A stretch of 64,000 nt of DNA from Octopus bimaculoides (GCF_001194135.2 NC_068990.1:65158397-65222396); one strand, 5' to 3'; positions 34,354-47,313 are shown, counted from the stretch's first letter. Program-made: numbers and translations. Notes: generated from the letters alone by a model not told the origin.

Positions 34354-34584
34354 ATATTTCCTTGGGAATTGAAGAAATCAAACTGGCATTGATAAGGCTT
34401 AACTATCCTAATCATACTGTAGAACAAAGTTTCCACAAAGAAACATACAATTGAAACATTAAGAAAATCTCTTGAAAAAGCTGAGTATTTTGAAGCAATT
34501 CAATATCTACCTTTGGATAAAAGTGAATTTCATAAAGATGTACTTTAACTATTAGAATGAACTGTTAGAAGTTTTGAAATACAG
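34354..34584 (+). pseudogene. Death-domain terminal exon, copy 3 (degenerate)
   Basis: cccAG acceptor; LGIEEIKLALIRLNYPNHTVEQSFH / TIETLRKSLEKAEYFEAIQYLPLDK. Confidence 0.55.
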
Positions 34585-35558
34585 GTAAATTTTTAAATCT
34601 TTATTTGTTTTGAGGTAGTTCTATATACAAACACCTCCTTAACTCCTAACTAGAACTATGGGGTTGGTATGACCCCCATCCTTTATTTAGAATAAATAAT
34701 CCAAGCTGTCAGGTTTTACGATTCAATATTCCACATAATTTATTTTTTTAAAGCTCTTATTAATTGTTCACACTTGCAATTTTGTCTTCATTATTATGAT
34801 CATTATTATATCTTTTGGTTTGGGGGCAAATTCAATTCAAGCATATGATGGTCATAATCCACATAGTACAGCTCCAGACAGCATGCACTGTATTTTACAA
34901 ATGGATTTTACCAAAAAAATATTCTGACAACTTTCTTGAAGTGCAATTCTGATATAAGAGACAGAAACAATTTACCATATGTACTGTGACCATGAAAGAG
35001 ATAGTATTCACTTTTCATGAATCTATTAATGAAAAGTTAGAGCAGTATGAGGAAAAAAAAAACTAATTAGAGTCCCCAAAAACTTAAGACAACTCATTAA
35101 TCATAGATTATTAGTATGAATAGTTGAATATGGTTTTGTAAAGTGTACATATCGCCCGTCATTCAACGGCAGCAAAAGTCACATAAAAATTTGCACTAAG
35201 TTAGTCTTTATTCAAATCATCCTTGAGCATTTATTAGATCTACAAGCAAAAGCATCTTGTATATGTTCTCCAAACTCTGTATTAATAAGGATATATTCTC
35301 CCAAAATGCCAGCTACTCACAACACTGCACTTGCTAAATACATGCACTTGTTAGATACAGGCAAACAATTTAATATATTCTCAGTATTTTAAGCATTTTC
35401 CCACCTAAAACTGAACAGACATTCAGCATATAGACATGTGAATGCTTGTCAGACATGATAATGATAATAAAGTAGGCGAAGTTTGTGATCAATATCTAGC
35501 AGCTGTCACAAAAGATATATGGACAGTGCAAAAATAGTGAAATAATTAGTAAAAGGAC

Positions 35559-35941
35559 TGTAGTGACGTCATATGGTGCCAAAAAGGCATAGTCGCCATT
35601 ACTGCACCTTTAACCACGCATGCGTGGAATTCAACATCCAAGCGTTCCCGCTTCTATTCTGTCTCTTTTCCACGCCAGACAGCGAATAAGCGAGACGTCT
35701 AAAACAAGCTCTCATTGAGTGTGGAAGAAGCAAATTGTCTCTCCAACGGAGTTTTTAACTCGTCTCCGCGGACTCAGCGGTGAATTATCTGATGGGCCAC
35801 TTCTTCGGAAAATATTCTTTACACGGTTACCATCGCAAGTCCAGACAATTTTGGCAACGGCTTCTGAATCGAACACACTCGATCAAGTGGCCACCATGGC
35901 CGATAGGGTCATGGAAGCACCAAAAAGGCATAGTCGCCATT
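35559..35941 (+). mobile_element. Second, heavily deleted copy of the same Ty3/gypsy element (LTR part plus gag fragment)
   Basis: Same TGtagtgacgtca LTR start as 32292; gag-like SPTEFLTRLRGLSG...LRKIFFTRLPSQVQTILA...LDQVATMADRVME; flanked by ggac (35555-35558 and 35942-35945). Confidence 0.75.
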
Positions 35942-36052
35942 GGACAATACATTATGATTGTATTGTACAGCATACATCAGGCTGTATTATACTGTAAACA
36001 TTTTTTCTTTGATCATTAATGTTGTTGCAATCATTTCTTCTATTTTTCCCAG

Positions 36053-36294
36053 ATATTTCCTTGAGAATTAAAGAAGTCAAACTGGAATTTATAAGGTTTA
36101 ACTATCCTAATCACATTGAAGAACTAGGTTTCCACAATGAAACGCACAGTTAAAACATTAAGAAAAGCTCTTAAAGAAGTTGAGTGTTTTGAAGCAATTC
36201 AGTATATACCTTTGGATAAAAAATGAATTTTATGAAGATGCATTTTAACTGTTCAAATGGACTGCTAGGGAAAGGATAAAGGCTTGAAATATAG
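36053..36294 (+). pseudogene. Death-domain terminal exon, copy 4 (degenerate)
   Basis: cccAG acceptor; IKEVKLEFIRFNYPNHIEELGFH / KRTVKTLRKALKEVECFEAIQYIPLDKK*. Confidence 0.55.
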
Positions 36295-37094
36295 GTAAAT
36301 TTTAAAATTTTCATTTCTTGTGAGGTACTTCTATGTACAAACACCTCCTTCACCTTTAACTGATACAAGAGGATCAATGTAATCCCAGCCTTATTTAAGA
36401 CAGTAGATAATCCAAGCTATCTGCTTTTATGATTCAATATTCTGCCAATTTTTTCTTTTTGTTCTTAACTGTTTACACTCATGCAATTTTTGACCCCATT
36501 ATCAATTTTATCATTATTACATTCTTTGGTTTGGGGTGAAATTCACCTCAAGCCAATATTGATCATAATCGCCATGGTACAGTGCCAGACAGTGTGCATT
36601 GTCTTTTACAAATAAATTTCACCAAAAAAATGTCCTTGTATCTATTAGAATTAGAGACAAACAATTTACCATATTTACTGTGACCATGATAGAGTTGGTA
36701 CTCACTTTTCATAAGCCTACCAATGAAGTGTTAGATCAGTATGAGAAAAAACAAGTAATTAAACTCTCCAAAGACTTAGGACTACCTATTATAGGGTGAA
36801 GTAATCATAGATTAGCAAGCTTTCCGCACTCTCTCAACACCAGCATAAGTCAGACAAAAATTTGCATTATGTTAGTTTTTATTCATTCGATCCTTGAGCA
36901 GTTATTAAATTCACAAGCAAAAACATCTCATATAGGTTCTCCCAACTCTCTGCTAATAAGGATACCTTCTCCCAAAATGTCAGCTATAGGGCTTTCCTAT
37001 AAGTAGGTTATCTCCCTTGGCTAGGCGGCGCTCCATGTAGGCAATTAAACTTCCGCAGACTATCCACGCTATTGTTATTGTTTTACGTCTTATC

Positions 37095-39042
37095 ATGGAT
37101 ATAAAGCAGCTCGATGATTCAGCTATCGAAGTACTTACTGTGCCTGAGTTAAAGAAATATTTAAGATTATATGGACAGTATGTTACTGGAAGAAAGGCGG
37201 ACTTGATTGAAAGGTTGAAATGTATAAAAATTCTGTCGATGAAGAATGTCAACAAAATAAATTCATCGGACGATACTTCATCGGAATAAGCAGAAGCTTA
37301 TATCTCCTCTCGGTGAAATATTGCCTGATCCCAATCTGCTTTCAGCAGATTGGACTAAAGTTCTTTGTAAGTTGCCGAATTTCACAGATAATGACATTTA
37401 TAATTACCTCGTACTATGGATGAAGGCAAAGCAACAGTTAAGGAGTGGCATAATTTACCACAACAGACACGTACACAGCATCGAATACCACGATATTAGT
37501 GAAAGCTGCTCTCACTGTATTGTCTGGTGTCTGGTAATCCCTTCGATACCGACATCAAACCCAAAAAAGAATCCTGACCACAGAGTGTGGGTAATTATGT
37601 CAAAGGTCACTGGCAATGTGCATTCAGCTGATTGCAACTGCACTGCAGGGTAAGAGCCTGTTTAAGTATTTTGACTTTCTTCCCTTGTATAATAAATTGA
37701 ATTTTTTATGGATGTAAGGAAATAAATTTATAATCAAAACAATAAATAAATGAGTCTTAATTTTGAATATTTTTTTATTCCTGTCATATTTATCAAATAC
37801 AAATGCACATACACACATCTCAAGTTTATCTAATAGTCTATTTCTTATTTTAGACAAGGAGAAGCCTGTAACCATATCGGAGCTTTATTACATGCCCTTG
37901 TGGACATAGCTACCAATAAGAAACGTGGGACCTTGGCACCAACTGCCATGAAATGCAAGTGGAATAATCCAAGAAAACGAAAACAGAGCCCTAAGAAAGC
38001 TGAACAACTGTCATTTGGAAAAAACCTTAGCGATAGTTTTTCAAGTGTAGCAGGTGATACAACTGCAAAGCCCTTTGAGGCTACTGTAAATTTAGTACGT
38101 TTCAAAGAAAGATTATGCAAAAGAGATTCAAATGCAGGGTGGCTAACTAATTCTGAGAAAGTCAGCAAACTTGATAACACTCCAGACCAGGGTGTCTCTG
38201 CGACGACACAAGTGCCTAATATTATTAAAGACAACATTGACTTTCAATTTCACGACAGCACTAATTTAGATACTGAATCTGTCAAGGAATTCTTTGACAA
38301 ATTCTTGAATAATTTAAAGATTAGTGAGGAACAGTGTGTTCAAGTTGAACTTATTTCCAGGGGACAAAACAAAAACAGAACATGGAAAGAACAAAGGAAG
38401 GGTCGAATTACCAGTTCTAGTTTTGGTCATGTCTTTGTTCGTAAAGACACGACTCCACCGGACAACCTTGTAAAACAAGTAATGGGGTATAACAACGAAT
38501 TTAAAAATAGCCATATCTCCTGGGGTATAAGTCATGAGCCTGCTGTTCGACGATTGTACACAAAAAGGATACAGGCAGTTCACCCCAATACAAGTGTGAA
38601 GGATTGTGGATTGATTATTAATCCCTCCTATCCATATCTTGGTGCAAGCCCAGATGGATTAGTTGATATACCTAACTTTCCAGACGGACCAGGATTGCTT
38701 GAAATCAAATGTCCATCAAGTGACAAATGGAAACGGTTATCCCCTCATGAATGTGTAAAAGACAGTTCTTTCTTTTGTTCTGTTAAAGACAATGAAGTTG
38801 TGCTGAAAAGACATCACTCCTATTTTTATCAAGTGCAAGGGCAGATGGCATTAACTGGAAGAAAATGGTGTGATTTTGTAGTTTGGACCCTTAAACATCC
38901 AATGTCAGTGGAGAGGATCTACTTTGATGGGAACTTGTGGCTAACAATTGTGGAAAAACTGAAAATATTCTATCTTAGAGGTGTTCTGCCAGAAGTATTC
39001 TCCAGTCAAGTAAAGCGAGATATCCCACTTTATGCAAGCTAG
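37095..39042 (+). CDS. SAP-SWIM-YqaJ (lambda-exonuclease-like PD-(D/E)XK) protein; exon 1 37095-37649 (stop/frameshift near 37287-37294), intron 37650-37853, exon 2 37854-39042 open
   Basis: SAP: LTVPELKKYLRLYG..VTGRKADLIERL. SWIM rebuilt by splicing gg|GT..AG|a: DCNCTAGQGEACNH. YqaJ: GRITSS, WGISHEP, LGASPDG, LEIKCP, YFYQVQGQM..TGRKWCDFVVW. Confidence 0.85.
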
Positions 39043-39470
39043 GCATTATGTCCCAGTGTACCTTACATTCCAGCAGTGTACTGTGTATATTACATCCAGG
39101 CTGTGTATGCAAACAGGAACACAAGAGAGAGTACATTATAATATACCTTGCAGGAAACATTCAGCAATATTTTGCAAAAATATACATGTATTGTTATTCA
39201 AATTTGTTCTTTTGAACACACCATAGATAATATATTTTTTAGGGAATTGAAATTGGTGTGTACGTGTGTGTTTTAAGTATATTAAAATTATGTTCTTTGT
39301 ATCGTTTCTTCACCCATAATAGTAAAGAATTGTCAATTTTTAATAATTATGTACAATATTATATTCAGTTTCATTGAGTGATCATTCTAAACATTATAAG
39401 GGAGTCTGAATTTCTCAGCAAAACCACATTAGATGATGAATTGCTAGTTGTTGTGTTTTAGGGTATGCAG

Positions 39471-39583
39471 TTATGAGTTACAAAGTGGTGGCTGTAAATT
39501 GGTCAGTCTAGCACATAATTTCCAAATTTTTGATACTTGGTGAGACATACTTAAAGGCATGACTGTTTTCAAAAATCCAAAAG
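39471..39583 (-). pseudogene. C-terminal remnant of a Harbinger/ISL2EU DDE transposase
   Basis: Minus strand (F.I)LKTVMPLSMSHQVSKIWKLCARLTNLQPPLCNS*; resembles the ILxxxxPxx...IWxVCAxLTNLQPPL terminus of DDE_Tnp_4 transposases. Confidence 0.7.
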
Positions 39584-39585
39584 GC

Positions 39586-39850
39586 TAGAGGTCCCTACAC
39601 AGCAAAATAGAGAAATGTTCAAAACCCATATGGGCTTTCAAAAATTATATCATTAAAGGTAAAAAATACGAAACTGTCAAAGTAAGGTTCAACACTGAAG
39701 AAAGAGCCAAAGAGCTCTCAACCAAATCCTTCGAATACAAAGATTTTATCATGGTCCCCACATATCTAGGTTGTAGGGTAACCAAAATTAAAATAAAAGA
39801 TGTGCCTCCTGAGATAGAGATGAAACAGCTTGTATCTGCCATTTTTTAAA
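39586..39850 (+). pseudogene. Possible LINE (L1/Tx1-like) ORF1 fragment
   Basis: Open stretch ...YETVKVRFNTEERAKELSTKSFEYKDFIMVPTYLGCRVTKIKIKDVPPEI, RRM-like ORF1 pattern; truncates the ISL2EU transposase. Confidence 0.35.
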
Positions 39851-42618
39851 GATACAGTCAGATGTTTTTATCATTAAGTTCATTTTTGTTATTGGGGTTA
39901 TTTTATAATTAAAGTAATATTTTACATTTCAGAGAAGTGTTCATAAACTACAAATTATAAGAATAAAGATTATGATTTAAAAACTGCATTTTTNNNNNNN
40001 NNNNNNNNNNNNNNNNNNNNNNNNNNNNNNNNNNNNNNNNNNNNNNNNNNNNNNNNNNNNNNNNNNNNNNNNNNNNNNNNNNNNNNNNNNNNNNNNNNNN
40101 NNNNNNNNNNNNNNNNNNNNNNNNNNNNNNNNNNNNNNNNNNNNNNNNNNNNNNNNNNNNNNNNNNNNNNNNNNNNNNNNNNNNNNNNNNNNNNNNNNNN
40201 TGGGGGGGGGGGGGTTGTCCTACACTCATACATCAATTATCTACAATAAATAAATCATATGGAGGGAGGGAGGGAGAGAGAGAGATTTCTCAAACCACAC
40301 ATCATCAAATCTAGAAAAAACTCCACCACTCTGTGACAGCTAAAACAATTAAGAAGCCATCACTTGGTCAATCAAGTTGCTTAAGACAGCAACCAAGATT
40401 CTCTAAAATGAAATCCTACTGCCCGAAAGAAAGGATATGTTCAAATAATGTGGTCAAGGCTCCTCTGAACATAGAAAAACAATAGGGTGTTAACAGTTTT
40501 TATCATAAGTCTGCTAAATAACAGCTGACTTCTAGCGAAACACAATAACCAATCAGTAAATTTGGTAAACAAAAGTGAAAACAAAAACATGGCCATTAAT
40601 TGACCTGCTAAACCTTCCCCAGCATATTTCTGTTCCCCTGATCCTGAAGACAATATGCATCACACTGTGTCTTCTAATTTATCCATATCACCAGCTATGC
40701 TAACCTTGGAAGATATCTTACCAAATTTCAATTATATAAACGTCTTTAGTAGAATTACTTTACAGCTAACCTTTCAACTGGGAAATAAGAATGGAACCTG
40801 TTCTCAGTCAGTCAGGCAAACAAAAGCTCAGTTAAAAGTAAAATTTATTAAAATCAACTATGTACTGTTATTTTATACTCACCAACATGCTGTAATTTAC
40901 TTTCTAATTGCTTTGCTACCTTCAAGAGGTTCTTCTCGTCCAGCTTTTGAGATTCTGCAAAAATATTTTGAAGTTCTTTATTTAATAGTAAAGTTTCTCT
41001 TTCTCTATTGTAATCTACATTTATTTTGAGACATTCCTATTAACAGTGGTCAAATGGTAATTACTATATAATACCTGATAATACCTAAATATTTAGACCA
41101 CAACAAAATACTATTCTAAATCTCTGACTAATAAAACATCCAATGTTTCGATGATTTAATTTAAAGTTGTCAGTTCAATTACATTTTTGTTTTTATTTAA
41201 GTGAAGATGCATGGCTTAGTTAGGTTAAGGTGTTACGCTCACAATCATGAGATCATGGCTTTGATTCCCAGACCAGATGTGAGTTGTGTTACTTCATGTT
41301 GCTTCAGTTCACTCTGCTGGAAATGGGTAACTTTGTGATGGACTGGCATACAAGGGCAAGATGGAAACTCAGGAAAATCATCTGAACAGAGATTCTATGA
41401 GCCATATTTTGTATTCAGCAAACAGAAGAATGAATGGTACAACCCATACTCTGAATCCCAAATGGTTGAGATTGATTGTTCTACTACATTGAAGGATGAA
41501 TGAATAAATAATCTAAGCTTCATCTTTCCCTATTATATATGAGCCAAATCTGCAACATACTCACAATACTTCAATAAGCAACACTCTGCTTTAAACGTCA
41601 TACTTAGCATAAAGTTATGACAGGATAAGCATACAACTGCTTTCCTTGTTAAAGGCTGCTGTTAATCATTTTTAGTTTAAACTGTTAGCACCAGAGTTCA
41701 CCAGAATACTATCTGATTCATGCAATATTTGAAGACATTTGCATGTCATATGTCCTTCCAACTGAGCATTGATTAGCCTATACATGTGAGAAGGAATGAA
41801 ACAGTAAGCATCTTAAAACAATATATTTGCTTCACAAATACCCATTAAACTATATGTAATTGTTTATCTACACATTACTGCACTGAAAATATCTGAAATG
41901 GTACACAAGAACTAACTATAAAATATTGCCACCAAACCTAATATGAAAATCATAGTTTCTCAACATTCTGGTGACCCCTTTATCAGAAAGGAGAGAACCC
42001 AGTTATCAGCAAATTTTAGGATACAGAAGTAACATCTGTGTAGAGATTTTAACATAAAAAAACTGTCTTTCTGATGTCATTATTAATATAAGAACAATGT
42101 TACAAGGAATGTGTAGCACTATTCACACTGCAATCCATCACAACTACTTACCACATCTATAACTGATGCGACTTAAGACCAGCTAATTAAAATGTCACTA
42201 TAATACATAATAATATCTAGATCATACTATACAGTAGTAATCAATAATCCCAATTTATAGGTATGTGGCCTTGTACTCAAGAAAGACTGTAGGATTACAT
42301 ACAAAGTAACAAGATGTAAAATTTTAGAAGATACAAATACTACAAAGTTTTGACATATATGTCTAAGAAATTTACTACGTAATATCTAATTGTATTGGAA
42401 ATGGAGTATATATGTAGTACAATACTAAACTACATGTCATTGCAATACTAGATTTCTGTACAGATCATATATAATCCAAATAAAGAATATATGACCCTCG
42501 TTACAATTTTGTCACAGAACTGCTGACATCATACTTCCAGTTTATGTTAAATTTATTTCAGAGTAAGTGATGATAGATCTAGACATGTTTCATGCTTACA
42601 TTTCAACAAAAGGCTATA

Positions 42619-43306
42619 CAAGGGAGTACCCAAAAGTAACCAGAAACATTCTCTGTGGGACAAACCTGTTGTAGTTCAGGTTTCCGCCACCAGAAGCCAC
42701 TAGAGGCAACCTTCAAGCATCAGTCTGCCAACCGGCATTGTCAAGTAAAGTCATACTTCCATGTGGTGCGTCTTTATTTTGTAGTGCTTCATCCATCAAC
42801 TTCCCGAATGAACAAAATCATGAAAATTCATGAACTTATCTTGGAGGACCATCACTGAACAACTGACGAACTTGTTGAATGACTGGTGTGTCCTGGCGTT
42901 CCTGGCAACGAATCTTGAGCAAGGAATTGCGAATGAAGACTTTCAGCACAATTTGTGCTTCACTTGATCACAGAAGATCAAAAGCAGTCTCGACTGAATG
43001 TGAGTCGTGAACTGATAGAACAGTTGTAAGTTGATCCAGACCGTTAGTAGAAGGTCATCACTGGTAACGAAAGCTGGTGTTACGGAATTTGCAGACGTGG
43101 AAGAGTCGAGGAAACAAAAACAACAGAGGTGTTAAAAGGCATCACTTCGCAAGAGTTCCAGCACTGCTTTGAATTGTGGAAAATGCGCCTGGACTAATAC
43201 ATTGCTTCAAATGGAGAATACTTTGAAGGTGAAAAGAGCGTAAACATGTAAAACTAAGTGAATAAAATAACATTGCAAAATTCTGGTTTCTTTTGGGTAC
43301 CCCTCA
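42619..43306 (+). mobile_element. Internally deleted mariner element
   Basis: TIRs caagggagtacccaaaagtaaccagaa and ttctggtttcttttgggtacccctca, TA flanks; remnants KIHELILEDH, VITGNESWCYG. Confidence 0.8.
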
Positions 43307-44287
43307 TAAAAGCTGATAACTACTCTAGGATTTTCACTAAATTTCAGCCATAAACTAGTTTTGTTTTTCTTTTTCTGAACATTTCTTCCTTTTCACTCAT
43401 ATTCATATTCTTTCATTATTCCTTATATTTTTATTCATTCATATATACTTTATACTTTCATTATGTCATATACTCATTAGACTCCCACTGAAGCTTCATT
43501 CAATAAACTTGTATTTGGCATTCAATCCAAAGTTAACTGTCAGAAGTACATTATACCACAACATAAAGTCAACGAGAGAAACAGACAGATCATCAAATAG
43601 TATGCTTACCAAATCCACTTTTGCTAGTTACAGGCTGTTCATACTTGAGGACCTTTTAAGCTTAATTCTGGAATATTCCTCACATATCCAGTTATATCCA
43701 CATGGACAGAATTTCGCAGTAGCCAGGTTATCTTCACACAACACAGTGCAGTCTGTGAACCAAAATAAGAACACATCTCATCAATAACATTAGTTTATGA
43801 TAATTATTACATTGTGTGCAAGTTTACAGTGTGATATATATTCTATAATATTTCCTATATTTGATAAGCTGCTCTAACTTTCTCTTGAATATTTTGTGAA
43901 TTTTTTTACTGACAGCAAAATCTTGAAGGTAATCAGTAAGGTTTGATCTGTTTAGTATAATGACCATGTATTTAAGTTGTTTTAATACTGAAAATAAAGT
44001 AAAAATGAATTAAAAAGATTGAGGATTTGTGAAAGGTGGTGGGTGAAGTACAACTATCACCACAACAGATCATGTGAAGAGTCAAAATCGCTTTTGCTTC
44101 ATTTTCTAATGCTTGTATTTTTTGTCTGTTGCTTTTACCAAAATGAGAAATGGACATTAATAGATATGCTGCAAGAACTTAAAGTTATATAATCAAATAT
44201 AGGAAATATAACAGAATACATATCACAATAGTTTCATCACAAAACAACTAGAACCTAACTAGAGAACTGCCTTGATAAAACCAACTA

Positions 44288-45324
44288 CAGGGTGGGTGGA
44301 AAGTAACTAGGCATTAGAAATTGCTTACAATTCATTAGTATCACTGAAGCCATGACGATTACATCTTTTAAACAGACAACACTAATGGGAATTTCTTATT
44401 GTCTTATTTTCCAAATAGTCGGTCGCTTGACTGTTCAAGAGCGAGCTAAAATAGCAGCATGCTATGAAGTGTGGAATTCCACTGTTTTGGTTCAGAGATG
44501 GTGGCATGCATGGAAAGGTAAGCGTGCAACACTACATCCGGAGACAATTAAAAGTTGTCATGCAAAGCTGATGACCACGGGCTCTGTGAACGATGCAAGA
44601 AGTGGCCAGCCAACCAAATCCCAATCAGCGAAGAATGTAGCAACAGTGCAGGAAATGTTTAATCACAGCCTGCAAAAATCAACACGTCAAGCAGCTCATG
44701 AATGTGAAATAACAAAGAACTGAATTTTCATCCATGGAAACCCCATTACTTGCAAGAGTTAAAACCTGAAGACTGTGACTGCAGCAGTCCAGAACTACAA
44801 GAAGTCCAGATCTCACTCCGTGTGATTTTTACCTGTTGAGTTACAAAAACAAAAAGGTGTACAAGACAAAACCTCACACACTGGAGGATTTGGAGACACA
44901 GATTCAGGAAGTCCTCAATGATATCCCAGATGATGTCCTTCAGAAGGTTGTTCATTCCATCCCTGTCCGTTTGTGAGGAAACTGGCTGACACCACCGGTG
45001 CTTACATTGAAATATGAAGATTTACTTTCATTTTCTCATGTAATAAAGAAAATGTATCATTTGTTTCAATCATCATCATCATTTAACGTCCGTTTTCCAT
45101 GCTGGCATAGGTTGGACGGTTTGACTGGGATCTGGGAAGCCAGGAGGCTGCACCAGGCCCCAATCTGATCTGGCAGTGTTTCTACAGTTGGATGCCCTTC
45201 CTAACGCCAACCACTCCAAGAGTGTAGTGGGTGCTTTTTACGTGCCACCGGCACAGCATATTTGAAAAAGGAATATGGATTTTATTACCAATTTTTAATG
45301 CCTACTTACTTTTCACCCATCCTG
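44288..45324 (+). mobile_element. Deleted rosa/DD41D-like Tc1/mariner element with a SINE inserted at 45070-45255
   Basis: TIRs cagggtgggtggaaagtaactaggcatt and aatgcctacttacttttcacccatcctg, TA TSDs; DUF4817-like ORF 44352-44723. Confidence 0.82.
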
Positions 45325-46334
45325 TAGTAATACCAAGGAAAATATTTACATACCAAAAGTTGTTACCAATAAAAATAATTTCTTCAGACACAAGAACAAA
45401 ACTAACACAATGATATCCTAATATGCCCAGTCCCTTAGATACACCAACATCAGTTAGTATAGAAATACCTTATTTCTATACAGAAATGCTATTTAGATAA
45501 TAAAAATAAAGAAAAGGTAGGAAATAGAAGCATATCAACATATTCCACTTAAAGGGAGCTCTACAGTCACATGACATGCTAGAAAGGGCAACTAACCCTG
45601 CTCTAAAATGCACCCTACCATCCAACAAAATATTTCAGTGTTACAAAAAAAAAAAAAAAGACACATTGCATATTATATTGATATACATAGTCTCACACAT
45701 CACTTAATACATATAATGATAATGGACATACATAACACATATCTAAATTCTAATTAGCCATTATGCTATACTGGATATAGTAATATACATTTTCCAATGC
45801 TCCTCCCATCAGCAACTGTCAGTATATAAAGGAACACATACACTAAGGACCTTCATTAGTGAGTCAACATTGTTATGACATAACTTCACAAGAAACCAAT
45901 TGATATATGTCCAGTACAAAAACTATAAGTCAGCCACATCAGTCAGAACACTTCATAAAATGGACTGGCTGTATTTATCTTCATATCAGTGCTATAGATA
46001 TTATCTATTCATAATAGAGATTTCACAGACATCATCTCCACCAAATATCATTGTTATTTTGGAATATCTCTTCTCCAACATATATCATTACCACTTCACA
46101 TGATGGGTATATTTAGATGGCTAAAATCCCAGATGGGCTACCTTCACTTCAGTCATATCTTTGACTGTAGAAAGAACAACGAGATGGGATATTAAAAAAC
46201 AGAAGCATGACAGTACTACTACATAAAGCTATTATTAAATGCTGAAAATGCATAGAAGAAAGATCTTCCCAACATGAATTCATCAGGGAGACCAGCCGGA
46301 ACATCAGGAACTACTTTTGAGATACAAAAATGTA

Positions 46335-47313
46335 CAAGGGTGGGCTGAAAAGTTCATATGTTGACTTTATCAACAGTGCAAAAGAGGGCAGCTGAATTTA
46401 GGAGAGAAAAGGAGAGTCTTGAAGATGATCCAAGGTCTGGACGTTCTGCAACTGACACCACCAAGGAAAACAATCATGTTCACTCCATGCCGATGGATGA
46501 CAGGCAATTGACTATAAATCAAATAACCAATGCTATTAGCACATCCAGTAAAGGTGTTGAGAATATTCTGCACAACAAACTTGGCATGGCAAAGGCCTTT
46601 GCTCAGTGGATGCCATCTCTTCTGACACCTGATCAAAAGCACACCAAGCTGATCACATCACAGAAAAATCTGACATTACTTGAGGCAGAACCAGCTGGTT
46701 TCCTTGAGTGTTTCTAAAACCAGAATGAGTGTTGGTTTCATCACTTTGAGCCAATCCATGCAGTGGAAGCATCCATCCTCACCTGCTCAAAAGGTCATTT
46801 CATTTGCAGGGAGGGTGATGGCTTCAGTTTTTTGGGATGCAAAAGGCATTGTATTTATTGAATATCTTCATAAGAGCCACACCATCAAAGGAGAGTACTA
46901 TGTAAACTTGCTGAGGCAGTAATGAAAAGCTATCATGATGAAGTGCCCAGGAAAACTGATGTAAAGGCTCATTTTATAAGAACAATGCTCCAGCACACAA
47001 GTCCTTGGTTTCAATGGCTGCTGTGTGTGTCTGTGGTTTTGAACTGGTTTATCACCCTCTCTATTCTCCTGACTTGTTCCCATTTTACTACCATCTGTTT
47101 CCCAACAGGATAAAACACTTGGCTGAGAACCAGTATTGTAGTGATGATAACATCTTATCTGCTGTTGATGACTTTTTTCCTCAACAGGATGAAACCTTCT
47201 TCACCAAAGGGATCCAAGCACTGCAACGGAAGACATGTGTGGATGGTAAAAAGGACTATGTTGAAAAATAAACCCCATTTAGTCAGCCTATAAACTTTTT
47301 AACCAAACCTAAC
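46335..47313 (+). mobile_element. mariner transposase pseudogene
   Basis: Left TIR caagggtgggctgaaaagttcat; SLEDDPRSGRSA, VMASVFWDAKGIVFIEYL, HPLYSPDLFPFYYHLFP across frameshifts. Confidence 0.85.

Larger units (their letters stand above)
27760..36987 (+). repeat. Degenerate tandem array of a roughly 1.1-1.3 kb unit (four units plus a partial fifth), interrupted by transposons
   Basis: Landmark (ag)caaactttcagttctctctcaacaccagtgt..gtcaaacaa..atttgca recurs near 27830, 28880, 33615, 35175 (partial) and 36815; landmark cagatattt..ttgg..aatt...caaactgg at 28346, 29347, 34351 and 36050. Confidence 0.9.
36988..39583. mobile_element. ISL2EU (PIF/Harbinger-related) DNA transposon, right part truncated
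   Basis: Interrupts tandem unit 5 at cagctAT|agggc; contains a SAP-SWIM-YqaJ gene (+) and the convergent 3' end of a DDE_Tnp_4-type transposase (-); this two-gene arrangement is characteristic of ISL2EU. Confidence 0.7.

Noticed and set aside
29816-36960. UPA/ZU5-like exon in the tandem unit (LEQYEKK.VIK.SKDL similarity to ankyrin UPA)
   Set aside because: The acceptor is not conserved between units and frames are inconsistent; the segment lies after the DD stop codon and is better explained as 3' UTR or intron.
40441-40653. Minus-strand ORF GSGEQKYAGEG... phase-compatible with the DD exon
   Set aside because: The same sequence is homologous to intronic DNA at 21750-21880 with no conserved frame; probably intron.
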